From Mycobacteriales bacterium (GTDB lineage Bacteria; Actinomycetota; Actinomycetes; JAFAQI01), in NCBI GenBank assembly GCA_035547035.1, contig DASZVL010000028.1, positions 50,230-114,229 of the forward strand: 64,000 nucleotides of DNA, written 5' to 3'. The notes under the pieces are model-generated. The model did not search any database, was not told where the DNA came from, and saw only the letters and a program-made list of their open reading frames with translations. Of this stretch, positions 1-10,768 are shown piece by piece. Each line of letters starts with the position of its first letter. The first letter of the stretch is position 1. Both the position numbers and the translations under genes were made by a program.

Positions 1-366
1 GCCCATCGCGATCTTTCCGCGCGGCACCAGCACCGCGCACACCATGCCGGCGCGCACCGCATAGGCCGCCGCACTCGCCGAGGTGTTGCCGGTCGATGCG
101 CAGATGACCGCCTTCGCGCCTTGTTCCGCGGCCTTGCTGATCGCCATCGTCATGCCGCGGTCCTTGAAGGAGCCGGTTGGGTTCAGCCCCTCTACCTTGA
201 GATGCACGTCGCAGCCAGTCCGCTGCGACAACCGCGGTGCGGTGACCAGCGGCGTCCCGCCCTCGAGCAAGGTGACGACCGGCGTCGCATCGGTGACCGG
301 TAGCCGATCACGGAACTCCTCGATGACGCCGCGCCACGGTGCGGAGCGGCTGACCGCCGTCGTCAT
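1..366 (-). CDS. thrC: threonine synthase, N-terminal part (runs off left edge)
   Basis: Minus-strand ATG at 364-366 overlaps the hom stop (ATGA). Translation reads [24 protein letters not shown]...[19 protein letters not shown]...[14 protein letters not shown], containing the PLP-lysine SFKDRG and GNTS motifs. Position after hom matches the argS-lysA-hom-thrC synteny. Confidence 0.85.
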   Translation of the reverse strand, partial: MTTAVSRSAPWRGVIEEFRDRLPVTDATPVVTLLEGGTPLVTAPRLSQRTGCDVHLKVEGLNPTGSFKDRGMTMAISKAAEQGAKAVICASTGNTSASAAAYAVRAGMVCAVLVPRGKIAMG

Positions 367-1667
367 GCGCCTCCTCCTTCGACCCGCATCACGCTCGCCA
401 CGGCACGTACGACGTCGAGCCGGCGCAGCTCGTCGACGGTCGCGGACAACGCCGCGTCGGTCGCGTCGTGCGTCACGAGGTCGAGCGTCGCATCGTCACC
501 ATGCCCTTCTTGCCGCACGGTCTGGATCGAGACGTCGTGCGCGCCGAACACCTGCGCAACGCTCGCCAGCACGCCGGCCTTGTCCGCGACATCGAGGCTG
601 ACGTGGTAGCGCGTGACCGTCTCGCCCATCGGGCGGATCGGCAGCGCCGCGTACGACGAGTCACCTGCGCCGCGCGCTCCTGACAACCGGTTGCGGCACA
701 CCGCGACCAGATCGCCGAGCACGGCACTCGCGGTCGGTGCGCCACCGGCGCCGCGCCCGTAGAACATCAGCTGGCCTGCAGCGTCGGCTTCGATGAACAC
801 CGCGTTGTACGCGTCGCGCACGCCGGCGAGCGGATGGCTGCGAGGCAGGATCGCGGGATGCACCCGCACGCCGACGGACTCGCGGCCGTTGCGGTCGGGT
901 GCTCGCTCCGCGATCGCCAGCAGCTTCACGACCCCGTCCATGTCACGGGCACTCGCGACATCGCCTGCGGTCACATCGGTGATTCCCTCGCGGTGCACGT
1001 CGGCTGCCGTCACCCGCGTGTGGAACGCCAACCCGGCGAGGATCGCCGCCTTCGCGGCAGCATCGAAGCCGTCGACGTCGGCCGACGGGTCGGCCTCTGC
1101 ATAGCCGAGTGACTGAGCCTCCTCGAGCGCGTCGCTGAAGCTCGCACCCGTCGAGTCCATCTTGGTCAGGATGTAGTTGGTGGTGCCGTTGACGATGCCG
1201 ATGACCCGGTTGACCCGGTCCCCCGCAAGCGACTCGCGCAGCGGCCGGAGCAGCGGGATCGCCCCCGCGACGCTCGCCTCGCAGTAGAGATCGGTGTTGC
1301 CTCGCTTCGCCGCGTCGTACAGCGAGCTGCCGTCCTCCGCGAGCAACGCCTTGTTCGCCGTGACGACCGATGCGCCGCGCTCGAGCGCAGTGATCAGCAA
1401 CGAACGCGCCGGTTCGATGCCACCGATCACCTCGATCACGACGTCGACGTCGTCGCGGGCGACGAGTGCAGCGCTGTCCGTCGTGAACAGCGACGGCTCA
1501 ACCGCGACATCGCGGGCGCGCTGTGGGCGGCGTACGGCGATCCCGGCGATCTCAACCGGTGCGCCGATGCGGTGCGCGAGATCCTCGCTGTGCGCGCCGA
1601 TCAGCCGGACGACCTCGCTTCCGACAACACCGCAGCCGAGCATCGCGACCTTCAACGACCTGCTCAT
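363..1667 (-). CDS. hom: homoserine dehydrogenase
   Basis: Lies within ORF 363..2138. The real start is the ATG at 1667 ([19 protein letters not shown], an NAD Rossmann GxGxxG), which overlaps the lysA stop (ATGA). The C-terminal ACT-like region is [26 protein letters not shown]. Confidence 0.9.
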   Translation of the reverse strand: MSRSLKVAMLGCGVVGSEVVRLIGAHSEDLAHRIGAPVEIAGIAVRRPQRARDVAVEPSLFTTDSAALVARDDVDVVIEVIGGIEPARSLLITALERGASVVTANKALLAEDGSSLYDAAKRGNTDLYCEASVAGAIPLLRPLRESLAGDRVNRVIGIVNGTTNYILTKMDSTGASFSDALEEAQSLGYAEADPSADVDGFDAAAKAAILAGLAFHTRVTAADVHREGITDVTAGDVASARDMDGVVKLLAIAERAPDRNGRESVGVRVHPAILPRSHPLAGVRDAYNAVFIEADAAGQLMFYGRGAGGAPTASAVLGDLVAVCRNRLSGARGAGDSSYAALPIRPMGETVTRYHVSLDVADKAGVLASVAQVFGAHDVSIQTVRQEGHGDDATLDLVTHDATDAALSATVDELRRLDVVRAVASVMRVEGGGA

Positions 1668-3049
1668 CCGAGATCCAGACCCAGCAAGTCGTCCACCGTC
1701 TCCCGGCGCAGCATCACTCGGCTCGCGCCGCCCTTGACCGCCACGACCGGAGGTCGCGGGACCGCGTTGTAGTTGCTGGCCATCGAGCGACAGTAGGCGC
1801 CGGTGGCCGCGACCGCGAGCAGATCGCCCGGCGCGAGGTCGCTCGGCAGCCACACGTCGCGCACGACGATGTCCCCTGACTCGCAGTGCTTGCCGACGAC
1901 TCGCGACAGCATCGGCGCCGCATCGCTGTCGCGCGAGGCCAGCACACACGTGTACGACGCGTCGTACAGCGCGGTGCGGATGTTGTCGCTCATCCCACCG
2001 TCGACGCTGACGTAGGTGCGGATGCCGTCGATCTCCTTGATCGTGCCGACCTCGTAGAGCGTCACGCCCGCCGGGCCGACGATCGCACGTCCGGGCTCGA
2101 CCGCGATGCGCGGCACCGGCAGCGATGCCGCCTCGCACTCGCGCTCGACGATCGCGCGCAGCTGCTTGGCGACCTCGACGACCTCCGCCGGGTCGTCGTC
2201 CGAGGTGTACGCGATGCCGAGACCGCCGCCGAGATCCAGCTCCGGCAGCGTCACACCGGCGACATCACGGATCGTCGCCAGCAGACCCACGACACGATGC
2301 GCGGCAACCTCGAAGCCGGCGGTGTCGAAGATCTGCGAGCCGATGTGACTGTGCAACCCGACCAGCTCGAGCGACGGCAGCGCCAGCACGCGGCGGACGG
2401 CTTCGAGTGCCGCGCCGCCGGTCAGCGAGAACCCGAACTTCTGGTCCTCGTGCGCTGTCGCGATGAACTCGTGCGTGTGCGCTTCGACGCCGACCGTCAC
2501 GCGGACCAGCACGCGCTGCCGGACGTCGGCGGCATCGGTGACGTGCGCGAGACGCGCGATCTCGTGGTCGCTGTCGACGACGATCCGCCCGACCCCCGCA
2601 GCGACCGCGGTCGCCAGCTCGTCGCGCGACTTGTTGTTGCCGTGCATGAGGATGCGGTCTGCCGGGAAGCCCGCGGCGAGCGCGGTCGCGAGCTCACCGC
2701 CACTCGAGACGTCGATCGACAGACCCTCGTCCTGCACCCAGCCGGCGAAGCCCTTCGAGAGAAAGGCCTTAGCGGCGTAGTAGATGTCGGTGTCGTCGCC
2801 GAACGCCGCGCGATAGCCGCGGCAACGGGCACGCGCGTCGTCCTCGGACAACACGTACGCCGGCGTGCCGTGCTCCGTCGCGACGTCGCGGACATCGCAG
2901 CCGCCCAAGTGGACCACCCCGTCGACGCGCTCGGCGCCGAGCGGCCAGATCCGTGGATCCAGCTCACCCAGCGCGTCGGGCGGCGGGCCGAGCGGGTGAG
3001 GCGGCGCGGTGACGTCACCGTGAAGGGCGCCCGCGGGATGCGCCCTCAC
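1664..3049 (-). CDS. lysA: diaminopimelate decarboxylase
   Basis: Lies within ORF 1664..3592. The plausible start is the GTG at 3049. Orn/DAP/Arg decarboxylase motifs are present (YAAKAF with the PLP lysine, [21 protein letters not shown]). The start is uncertain by a few codons. Confidence 0.88.
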   Translation of the reverse strand: MRAHPAGALHGDVTAPPHPLGPPPDALGELDPRIWPLGAERVDGVVHLGGCDVRDVATEHGTPAYVLSEDDARARCRGYRAAFGDDTDIYYAAKAFLSKGFAGWVQDEGLSIDVSSGGELATALAAGFPADRILMHGNNKSRDELATAVAAGVGRIVVDSDHEIARLAHVTDAADVRQRVLVRVTVGVEAHTHEFIATAHEDQKFGFSLTGGAALEAVRRVLALPSLELVGLHSHIGSQIFDTAGFEVAAHRVVGLLATIRDVAGVTLPELDLGGGLGIAYTSDDDPAEVVEVAKQLRAIVERECEAASLPVPRIAVEPGRAIVGPAGVTLYEVGTIKEIDGIRTYVSVDGGMSDNIRTALYDASYTCVLASRDSDAAPMLSRVVGKHCESGDIVVRDVWLPSDLAPGDLLAVAATGAYCRSMASNYNAVPRPPVVAVKGGASRVMLRRETVDDLLGLDLG

Positions 3050-3101
3050 TCGGGGCCCCCACTGCGTTGTGAGCGCAGCGAAGAACGTCGTGGGGTGGCC
3101 A

Positions 3102-4757
3102 CTACATCCGCTCCGGCGCGGTGACGCCGAGCAGGCCGAGACCGCTCGCCAGCACGACGCGAGTCGCCTCGACCAGCCAGAGCCGAGCTCGGGTGAGATC
3201 GGTCGCCGGCTCGTCACCCATCGGCAGCACGCGACAGGCGTCGTAGAACCGGTGATACGTGCCGGCGAGCTCCTCGAGATAGCGCGCGACGCGATGCGGC
3301 TCGCGCAGCTCAGCCGCACTTGCCACGATCCGCGGGAACTCGCCGAGCGCAGCGAGCAGGTCACCCTCACGCGGCTCGGCCAGCAGCCCGCCGTCGAAGT
3401 CCTCACCGCGTTCGATGCCGAGATCTGCCGCGTTGCGCAGCAGCGACGAGATCCGGGCGTGCGCGTACTGCACGTAGAACACGGGGTTGTCGTTGGTCTT
3501 GCGCGCCCATAGGTCGAGGTCGAGGTCGATCGGCGAGTCGCTGCTGTAGCGCGCGAGCGCGTAGCGAGCCGCATCGACGCCGATCGCATCAACCAGGTCC
3601 GCGAGCAGTACGACGTTGCCTGCGCGCTTCGACATCCGGACCGGCTCGCCGTCCTTGAGCAGGTTCACCATCTGCCCGATCAGGATCTCGATCGTGCGAT
3701 CCGGGTCGTCACCGAAGCATGCCGCGATCGCGCGCAGCCGCCCGACGTATCCGTGGTGGTCGGCGCCCAACATGTAGATGCAGCGGTCGAACCCCCGCTC
3801 GCGCTTGTCGAGGTAGTACGCGCAGTCGGCCGCGAAGTACGTCCACTCGCCGTCGCTCTTGCGAAGGACACGGTCCTTGTCATCGCCGTACTTGGTCGTG
3901 CGCAGCCAGACCGCGCCGGCCTCTTCATAGATCTCCCGCTGCTCGGTCAACCGGCCGAGCGCAGCGTGCAGCTCGCCCTTGTCGTGCAGCGACTTCTCGT
4001 TGAAGTAGACGTCGAAGACCACGCCGAAGTCGGCGAGCGAGCCCTTGATCTCGGCGAACATCCGCTCGACGCCCTCGACCCGGAACAGCTCGATCGCCTC
4101 GTCGTCACTCAGCGAGGTCACGTCGGGGTGATCGGCAACGATGGCGGCCGCGATCTCGGCGATGTACTCCCCGGCGTACCCGTCCTCCGGGATGTCCTGC
4201 CCATGCGCCGCCGCGAGCAGCGACCTGGCGAACCTGTCGATCTGCGAGCCGGCGTCGTTGAAGTAGTACTCGCGGGTGACGTCTGCTCCAGCTGCGGTGA
4301 GGATCCGACCGAGCGCATCACCGACCGCGGCCCAGCGGACCGCCCCGATGTGCACCGGCCCGGTCGGGTTGGCGGAGACGAACTCGAGGTTGACGCGCTG
4401 CTTGGCGAGCGTGTCGGTGCGGCCGAACTCCGCCCCGGCGGTGACGATCGTGCGCGCGAGCTCGCCCTGCGCCGCTGCGGCGAGGGTGATGTTGAGGAAG
4501 CCCGGCCCAGCGATGTCGACGGCCTGGATGCCCGGCGCCTCGCGAAGGCGGGTCGCGATGATCTCGGCGACCTCTCGCGGCGGCCGGCCGGCCGGCTTCG
4601 CGAGCTGCAGCGCCACGTTCGTGGCGTAGTCGCCGTGGTCACGGTTCTTCGGGCGCTCGACCAGCACCGCCTCGGGGACCTCGACCGCCAGCTCGCCGGA
4701 CGCCACGGCAGCGCGAACCGCCGCCACGACGGCGTCACCGAGATCGGCCGGAGTCAC
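3102..4757 (-). CDS. argS: arginine--tRNA ligase
   Basis: The 551-aa ORF has the class I HIGH-type motif ([14 protein letters not shown]), a KMSK-like MSKRAGN motif and the DALR anticodon-binding C-terminus. Confidence 0.95.
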   Translation of the reverse strand: MTPADLGDAVVAAVRAAVASGELAVEVPEAVLVERPKNRDHGDYATNVALQLAKPAGRPPREVAEIIATRLREAPGIQAVDIAGPGFLNITLAAAAQGELARTIVTAGAEFGRTDTLAKQRVNLEFVSANPTGPVHIGAVRWAAVGDALGRILTAAGADVTREYYFNDAGSQIDRFARSLLAAAHGQDIPEDGYAGEYIAEIAAAIVADHPDVTSLSDDEAIELFRVEGVERMFAEIKGSLADFGVVFDVYFNEKSLHDKGELHAALGRLTEQREIYEEAGAVWLRTTKYGDDKDRVLRKSDGEWTYFAADCAYYLDKRERGFDRCIYMLGADHHGYVGRLRAIAACFGDDPDRTIEILIGQMVNLLKDGEPVRMSKRAGNVVLLADLVDAIGVDAARYALARYSSDSPIDLDLDLWARKTNDNPVFYVQYAHARISSLLRNAADLGIERGEDFDGGLLAEPREGDLLAALGEFPRIVASAAELREPHRVARYLEELAGTYHRFYDACRVLPMGDEPATDLTRARLWLVEATRVVLASGLGLLGVTAPERM

Positions 4758-4818
4758 CCACCGAGGTTATCGGTTGCCATCTAACGATTTGCGCGCCGCG
4801 AACCCGGTCGCCGCGCGG

Positions 4819-5193
4819 TTATGCGGTTCCGCCTGCCAGGTTCCGGATGATCGTCACGAGCTCGTCGGGGTCGAACGGCTTGGTGAGGTAGGCGTCGACG
4901 CCGATCCGCTCCCCGTGCTGGATGTCGGCGTCCTGCGCCCGCGCCGAGAGCAGCACCACTCTTATGTGAGCGGTGTCGGGGTTCTGGCGAAGCCGGGTCG
5001 CGGTCTCCCAGCCGTCGAGTCGCGGCATCATCACGTCGAGCGTGACCACGTCCGGCTCGAGCTCGCCGACCCGGTCGAGCGCCTCCTGGCCGTCGACCGC
5101 CGTCACGACGTCGAAGCCTTCGAGCTCCAGGTTGACGGTGATGAGCTGGCGGATCACGTCGTCGTCCTCGACCACGAGGACCCGGGTGGGCAT
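4819..5193 (-). CDS. single-domain response regulator (CheY-like receiver only)
   Basis: Starts at the ATG at 5193 (MPTRVLVVEDDD). Phospho-acceptor context is VVTLDVMMPRLDG, and LTKPFD supplies the conserved Lys. There is no output domain and no adjacent kinase. Confidence 0.8.
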   Translation of the reverse strand: MPTRVLVVEDDDVIRQLITVNLELEGFDVVTAVDGQEALDRVGELEPDVVTLDVMMPRLDGWETATRLRQNPDTAHIRVVLLSARAQDADIQHGERIGVDAYLTKPFDPDELVTIIRNLAGGTA

Positions 5194-5258
5194 AGGTCGC
5201 GACCCTACCGACATTCCAGCGCGCGTCCCTTGCGGAGTAGGCCGTGGCACGCTAGTTT

Positions 5259-5275
5259 CGCTACAACTTGTAGCG
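5259..5275. promoter_or_regulatory. perfect 8-1-8 palindrome CGCTACAA-C-TTGTAGCG, candidate TetR operator
   Basis: Read directly from the sequence. It lies 15 nt upstream of the TetR start at 5290, in the divergent 96-nt intergenic region. Confidence 0.4.
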
Positions 5276-5289
5276 GATTGGGAAATCAG

Positions 5290-5865
5290 GTGGCTGGACG
5301 ACCCCGCAACGCGTACCTCGACACCCGGTTGCTCGACGCCACGTGGTCGCTGCTGACAAGTGACGGCTACGACGCGCTGACCCTGACCAACGTCGCGGCC
5401 CAGGCCGGCGCGCACCGCACGGACGTCTACCGGCGTTGGTCGAGCAAGGCACATCTCGTGGTCGACACCCTCGAGGCCAACCTGCCGCCCATCTCCGACG
5501 TCGACACCGGCTCGCTGCGGTCGGACATCCGGGCTGTCGTGGCGGACTTCGCCGCCAGCTGGTCCTCACCGTGGATCGACGGGCTGATGGGTCTGGCGGC
5601 CGACGTGCAGCGCGATCCGGACGCCGAGCTCGCCTTCCGCCAGATGGCCGAGCGACGCGGAGCGCCGGTGTCGCGCTGCATCGCGCGAGCCCTCGACCGC
5701 GGCGAGCTCACGACGATGCCCGATCTGCCGTTGCTCGGCGATCTGATCGAGGGTCCGCTGATGCACCGGCGAATGGTCGGCCGGCAGCTCCTGACGCCGG
5801 AGTACCTCGATGCCGTCGCCGCGATCGCCTACCGGGTGATGATCGAAGGGAAGCCGGCTCGATGA
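5290..5865 (+). CDS. TetR family transcriptional regulator
   Basis: Starts at the in-frame GTG at 5290. The N-terminal TetR HTH is YDALTLTNVAAQAGAHRTDVYRRWSSK. Its stop overlaps the amidase ATG (ATGA). Confidence 0.8.
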   Translation: MAGRPRNAYLDTRLLDATWSLLTSDGYDALTLTNVAAQAGAHRTDVYRRWSSKAHLVVDTLEANLPPISDVDTGSLRSDIRAVVADFAASWSSPWIDGLMGLAADVQRDPDAELAFRQMAERRGAPVSRCIARALDRGELTTMPDLPLLGDLIEGPLMHRRMVGRQLLTPEYLDAVAAIAYRVMIEGKPAR

Positions 5866-7289
5866 GCGACCTGCACGAGCTGTCCGCCGCGGCACAGCTG
5901 CGCGCGCTTGGCGCCGGCGAGGTCAGCTCGCGCGATCTCACCGCGCACTACCTCGACCGCATCGACCGGCTCGACGGCGAGCTCGGTGCCTTCCTGACGG
6001 TGACCGCTGAGCTGGCGCTGACGGAAGCGGATCGGGCCGACGCCCGGCTCGCCGCGGGTGAGCGGGCTCCGCTGCTCGGCCTCCCGATCGCGTTCAAGGA
6101 CTACCCCACGGCCGGTGTGCGTACGACGCTCGGCTCGGCCGCACTGGCGAGCTTCGTGCCGTCGGAGGACGGCTGGACCATCGGACTGCTTCGGCAGGCG
6201 GGCGCGGTCACCCTCGGCAAGACGAACACCGCCGAGTTCGGAGCCACCTGCTTCACCGAGAACGACCACACCGGGCGGCGCGCCGTCACGCCGTACGACC
6301 CGACGCGGTACTCCAGCGGTTCCAGTGGCGGATCGGCGACGGCTGTGGCCGCGGGGCTGGCACCCCTGGCACACGCTGCCGACGGCGCGGGTTCGACCCG
6401 CACCCCGGCGGCTACCTGCCACCTGGTCGGCGTCAAGCCGAGCCGGGGCCTCGTCAGCCCCTCGGCGCCATCGACCTCGCTCGCGCCGACCACGATCGAG
6501 GGACCGATCACGCGAACCGTTGCCGACGCGGCCCTGCTGCTGGACGTCATGGCGCAGCCGTGGCGGGGCGATCCGACGGGTTGGCGTCCTACCGGCAGCT
6601 TCGCCGAGACGATCGGCCGAAAGCCCGGCCGGCCGCTGCGGGTGGCGATGTGGACGCGGACCGGCCTGGACGACGTCCACCCGCATCCCGAAGCGGTCCG
6701 TGCCGTCGAGCGAGCGGCCGACGCGCTGCGCGAAGCCGGTCACGAGGTCCGGGAGGTCGCGCTGCCGGCGCCGTACGCCGAGCCCGTGCGCCAGGCGTTG
6801 GGGACCTGGTTCGCCGCCATGGTGCACGCGTCGGTCGCGCCGCTGGTCCCGGTCGAGCGCCACGACCTGCTGCTGCCGTACACCCGGCTGCTCTACGAGA
6901 CGGGTGCGACGCTGTCGTCCACCGCGACGCTCATGGCACAGGCCGTCCTTGCCCGCTTCGCGGACGCATTCCTGGCTGCGCTCGACGACTTCGACCTCTC
7001 GCTGACCCCGACGACGAGCGGCCCGCCAGCCCCGATCGGGCACTTCCTCACCGACGGTGCGGAGGGCGTCGCGGACGCGATGCTCGCGTGGTCCTGCTAC
7101 ACGCCATGGGCGAACCTCACGGGCCAGCCCGCGATTTCGCTGCCGTCACACCTCGATGCCGACGGCCTGCCGTACGCCGTCCAGCTCGTCGGGCGGGCGC
7201 GCCACGACGGCGAGCTTCTCGCCGTGGCGGCCCACCTCGAGCGAGCCGGGCTGTGGAGCGACGTCCACCCGCACTGCTGGGACGAATGA
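5862..7289 (+). CDS. amidase (amidase-signature family)
   Basis: Starts MSDLHELSAAAQLRALGAGEVSSRDL. Carries the AS-family Gly/Ser-rich signature YSSGSSGGSATAVAAG. Confidence 0.85.
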   Translation: MSDLHELSAAAQLRALGAGEVSSRDLTAHYLDRIDRLDGELGAFLTVTAELALTEADRADARLAAGERAPLLGLPIAFKDYPTAGVRTTLGSAALASFVPSEDGWTIGLLRQAGAVTLGKTNTAEFGATCFTENDHTGRRAVTPYDPTRYSSGSSGGSATAVAAGLAPLAHAADGAGSTRTPAATCHLVGVKPSRGLVSPSAPSTSLAPTTIEGPITRTVADAALLLDVMAQPWRGDPTGWRPTGSFAETIGRKPGRPLRVAMWTRTGLDDVHPHPEAVRAVERAADALREAGHEVREVALPAPYAEPVRQALGTWFAAMVHASVAPLVPVERHDLLLPYTRLLYETGATLSSTATLMAQAVLARFADAFLAALDDFDLSLTPTTSGPPAPIGHFLTDGAEGVADAMLAWSCYTPWANLTGQPAISLPSHLDADGLPYAVQLVGRARHDGELLAVAAHLERAGLWSDVHPHCWDE

Positions 7290-8227
7290 GAGGACACGGT
7301 CCGATGCCGTCCACGAAGCCTCCGCCGGGCACCGATGCGCCTTCCCTCGACCCGGGAGAGGGACTGCGCGAGCAGCTCGTCGTACTCCCGGACGGCCGGC
7401 GGTTGCGAACCGTCGTGGCCGGCAACGCAGACGGCCCACTCGTCGTCTTCGAGGCCGGAATGAGCGCTCCCGCCGCGTGCTGGGTGCACACCCAGCGGGA
7501 GATCAGCGCACATGCGCGCACGCTGTCCTACGACCGTGCCGGGTACGGCGGCAGCGACGACGACTCCCACGACCGAACTTTGGAGCGGCTGGCCGACGAC
7601 CTCGCCGGGCTGCTCGACGGCATCGGCGAGTCGAGGCCTGTCGTTCTCGTGGCCCACAGCTGGGGCGGCCCGATCATCCGGCTCTTCGCGAAGCGGCACC
7701 CCGAGCGGGTCGCCGGCATGGTGTTCGTCGACGCGACGCTCGCCGAGGCCATGTCACCGCGGAATGCCCGGATCATCGGGGCGTCCTTCGCCGTGGTGTC
7801 GCTGCTCGCCCGGTTCGGCGGCTCGGAGCGGGTGATGCGGATGACGTTGCCGAACGGCGCCGCACCGGAGATCAGCCAACCGGATCTCGACGTGATGCGG
7901 CGTGACTACGCGTGCAGTCGCGCGATGCGGGCGGGGCGCAGCGAGGCACGGCACATCGGCGCGGCGCTGCCGACCATGCGGGCGCTGCAGGCCGCCGGAA
8001 CGCCCGACGTCCCGACGACCTGTCTGCAGGCGTCGCGCGTCGAGCGCGGGATGCGGCAGCTGCGCCCGCGGCTCAACCAGGTGGCTGCCGAGCTGATGGC
8101 AGCGGTTCCCCAAGGCCGCGTGATCGTCGTCGACGGCGCCGGACACCTGATCCCGCAGGAGAATCCGGCCGCCGTGCGCGAGGCGATCCTCGCCGTGGTG
8201 GACGCCGCCGCCAGGGGCGCCCGCTGA
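7286..8227 (+). CDS. alpha/beta hydrolase
   Basis: The ATG at 7286 overlaps the amidase stop; an alternative ATG is at 7304. The nucleophile elbow is VLVAHSWGGP and a conserved His lies near the C-terminus (GAGHLIPQENP). Confidence 0.75.
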   Translation: MRGHGPMPSTKPPPGTDAPSLDPGEGLREQLVVLPDGRRLRTVVAGNADGPLVVFEAGMSAPAACWVHTQREISAHARTLSYDRAGYGGSDDDSHDRTLERLADDLAGLLDGIGESRPVVLVAHSWGGPIIRLFAKRHPERVAGMVFVDATLAEAMSPRNARIIGASFAVVSLLARFGGSERVMRMTLPNGAAPEISQPDLDVMRRDYACSRAMRAGRSEARHIGAALPTMRALQAAGTPDVPTTCLQASRVERGMRQLRPRLNQVAAELMAAVPQGRVIVVDGAGHLIPQENPAAVREAILAVVDAAARGAR

Positions 8228-8256
8228 CCACCGGCCGCGGTCGGCCGGCAAGGCCG

Positions 8257-9756
8257 ATGCTCGCCGCCGCAGCAGCCGCCCTCGCGCTCATCGCGGGCTG
8301 CGGAACGACGGTGCAGATCCCACCTGCTTCGCCGGGCGGCGCCGAGTCGCTGAGCCTGTCGGCCACCTCGCCGAGCAGTCCGGACGCGGCCGGCACGCAT
8401 CCTGCGTCCGGCAACGGCGCCGGTGCGACCGGCGTACCCGGCGCGACCGTGACGGCGTCCAACCCGCGCGGGTCGACCGGCCCATCGCGCCCCGTCGTCG
8501 CCCGGACGGCGTCGAGCTCGAGCCGCCATGGCAAGAGCCCGGCTCCGACCGAGGTGACGGGGCCGCTGACGATCGGCTTCGCCTATCCGAACAACGCCGC
8601 CGCCAACGCCTCGCTCGGACTGAGCACCTCCGCCTCAGCCGACCCGAAGAGCGTGATGGGTGCGCTGGTGGCAGCGGTCAACAAGGCCGGCGGCCTCGCC
8701 GGGCGCAAGGTGACGGTCGACTACTACGCGACGAGCTCGACGACGTCCGACTACAGCACCGCGGCGCAAGCCGCCTGCGCTCACTTCACCGAAGACCAGC
8801 ACGTGCCGGTGGTGCTCGACCTCGCCTACGGCAACAAGTTCGGGATGGCGACCTGCCTGGCCCGCCACGGCGTTGCCGACTTCGGGCTCGCAACCTCGGA
8901 CACGGTCGACGACAACAACGCCGGCCTGTTCGCCTCCCCCATGGGGATGTCGAGCACGCGGCGCTATCCCGCCGTACTCGATGTCCTCCGGACCACCGGA
9001 TACCTCACCCCGAAGAACCGGATCGGCGTCCTGCTCGAGAACTGCCCCGACCTGCGCCGGGCCTACGACCAAGCGGTGCGCCCGGAGATCTCGCGGCTGG
9101 GGCTCGACCTCGCGGACACCGCGCAGATCGGCTGCACCTCCGGCTTCGCCTCCGCCGGTCCCGCCTCGGCCGCCACCCAGAGCGCGGTGCTGCGCTTCCG
9201 CAGCCATCAGGTCGATCGTGTGCTGATCGTCAGCGACTTCGAGCAGGTGGCCCTGATGCTGTTCGCAAACGCCGCGGCCAGTCAGGGCTGGCGACCCGGG
9301 TACATGCTCAGCAGCGCCGCAGAGACCGAGGTGATGCGGTCCAGCATCTCGAAGACGCAGTGGCCGCAGCTTCACGGCGTCGGTTGGTCGCCGCGGCTCG
9401 ACATCGACGACGCGCACCAGCCGTTGACGCCGGCCGATCGCCGCTGTCTCACCCTCATCAAGAAGGGTGGCATCGCGGTCACCGGCTGGCAGAACACCTA
9501 CATCGCGACGATGGAGTGCAGCGATCTGTTCTTCCTCGAGGCGGCGCTGACGTCGAGTCATGGCGACGCGCAAGGAAGCGCACTCATGGCCGCGGTGGAG
9601 TCGCTGGGAGCGAGCTTCGTCTCGCCGGGGGTGTTGGGCGGGCGCACCTTCTTCGGACCGAGTCAGCGCGAGGGCGCCGCCGAGGTCGCCCCGTTCGGCT
9701 ACGTCGCCGGCTGTCGCTGCTTGCGCTACACGGGGCGTCCCGTGGCGACTCGCTAG
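8257..9756 (+). CDS. Cys-rich PBP1/LivK-like substrate-binding lipoprotein, paralog 1
   Basis: Has a lipobox (LIAGCG), then about 90 aa of Ser/Pro/Gly/Thr/Ala low complexity, then a Peripla_BP_6-like core (LTIGFAYP...AVNKAGGLAGRKVTVDYY). It ends in GCRCLRYTG. It is paralogous to 24922..26427 and 36667..38253. Confidence 0.7.
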   Translation: MLAAAAAALALIAGCGTTVQIPPASPGGAESLSLSATSPSSPDAAGTHPASGNGAGATGVPGATVTASNPRGSTGPSRPVVARTASSSSRHGKSPAPTEVTGPLTIGFAYPNNAAANASLGLSTSASADPKSVMGALVAAVNKAGGLAGRKVTVDYYATSSTTSDYSTAAQAACAHFTEDQHVPVVLDLAYGNKFGMATCLARHGVADFGLATSDTVDDNNAGLFASPMGMSSTRRYPAVLDVLRTTGYLTPKNRIGVLLENCPDLRRAYDQAVRPEISRLGLDLADTAQIGCTSGFASAGPASAATQSAVLRFRSHQVDRVLIVSDFEQVALMLFANAAASQGWRPGYMLSSAAETEVMRSSISKTQWPQLHGVGWSPRLDIDDAHQPLTPADRRCLTLIKKGGIAVTGWQNTYIATMECSDLFFLEAALTSSHGDAQGSALMAAVESLGASFVSPGVLGGRTFFGPSQREGAAEVAPFGYVAGCRCLRYTGRPVATR

Positions 9757-10751
9757 GAGGCTTGCTGACCGGCACGCAGTGCGCGCCAGAGCGCGCGGTA
9801 GCTCGGCCAGGTGATCGGCTCGGTGACCCACCCCGCCGCCTCGAGCTCTCGCTGGAGGGCAGGAAGGTTGCGCCACGGGACACCGATGTCGACGTGGTGG
9901 GCGAGGTGCCATCCGATGTTGAACGGCACCATGAAGAAGCGCGCGAGCCAGGAATGACGCACGTGATGCGTGGTGAGCCGCCGGTCGGGTGAGCGCACCA
10001 TTCCGCCGTGCTCAGCGATGGCCCGCAGCCGGTTGATGACCCGCCACACCGTCATCCACGGCGCGAGCCAGAGCAGCGGCCACAGCCACCAGCGCCCGAC
10101 GAGGATCGCGGCGGCGATGAGCGGAAGCTGCATGACCAGGATCCGCAGCACCGTCGGTCGCCCGGCGGAGATCCGAAGCCCGCGCAACAGCGCCTTGAGG
10201 TTCTTCCATCCGCTCGAGCCGAACGCGTCGCGGCGCATCTTCCGCCAGAACGAAGCCCGCGTGACGGGGTAGCCGTTGTAGAGGTTGAGGTCCGGCTCGT
10301 TGGGCCCGAACTCGTCCTTGTGGTGCGCGAAGTGGACGCGCCGGTAGATGTCGAACGGGAAGAACGACGGGTAGGCGATCAGCCAGCGGCCGACGAAGTC
10401 GTTGGCTCGCTTGTTCGCGAACAGCAACCGATGCGCCGCCTCGTGGCCGAGGCTGGCGAACCTGGCGTGCGCGGCCCCCATCAGGACGAAGGCAACGGCG
10501 TACGCCGGCGGACTCGCGATCCAGACCGCCAGCCAGACCGTTCCGATCGCCTGCGACCAGGTCAGTACGACGCTCCCGATGTTGCGGTACGACGCGATCC
10601 GGCGCAGCTCGGCGCGGATCTCCGGCGCCGGCATGCCGTTGGCCATGAGCCGGTCGGTGGGCAGCACGTCGGGCAACGCGTCGGCTGCCGGCACGACCGT
10701 CGTCCGAGGCTCAAGCGGAGCCGGGAGCAGCGAGATCGCCACGTCTGACAT
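9753..10751 (-). CDS. membrane fatty acid desaturase family protein
   Basis: Three His boxes are present (HEAAHRLL, HFAHHKD, HLAHHVD) together with hydrophobic spans. Confidence 0.8.
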   Translation of the reverse strand: MSDVAISLLPAPLEPRTTVVPAADALPDVLPTDRLMANGMPAPEIRAELRRIASYRNIGSVVLTWSQAIGTVWLAVWIASPPAYAVAFVLMGAAHARFASLGHEAAHRLLFANKRANDFVGRWLIAYPSFFPFDIYRRVHFAHHKDEFGPNEPDLNLYNGYPVTRASFWRKMRRDAFGSSGWKNLKALLRGLRISAGRPTVLRILVMQLPLIAAAILVGRWWLWPLLWLAPWMTVWRVINRLRAIAEHGGMVRSPDRRLTTHHVRHSWLARFFMVPFNIGWHLAHHVDIGVPWRNLPALQRELEAAGWVTEPITWPSYRALWRALRAGQQAS

Positions 10752-10768
10752 GGTGACGCATCGCGGGC

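Noticed and set aside
1668-2138. The N-terminal extension of the hom ORF (591 aa in the ORF track). Similar upstream extensions occur for lysA, the response regulator, the TetR genes, the lipoproteins and the hydrolases.
   Set aside because: The extensions overlap the preceding genes and are Arg/Gly-rich. The conserved domains begin at internal ATG/GTG codons that form 4-nt overlaps or short gaps with the neighbouring genes.
9753-9756. Convergent genes sharing CTAG as overlapping stop codons.
   Set aside because: This is a trivial consequence of tight packing, with no evidence of function.
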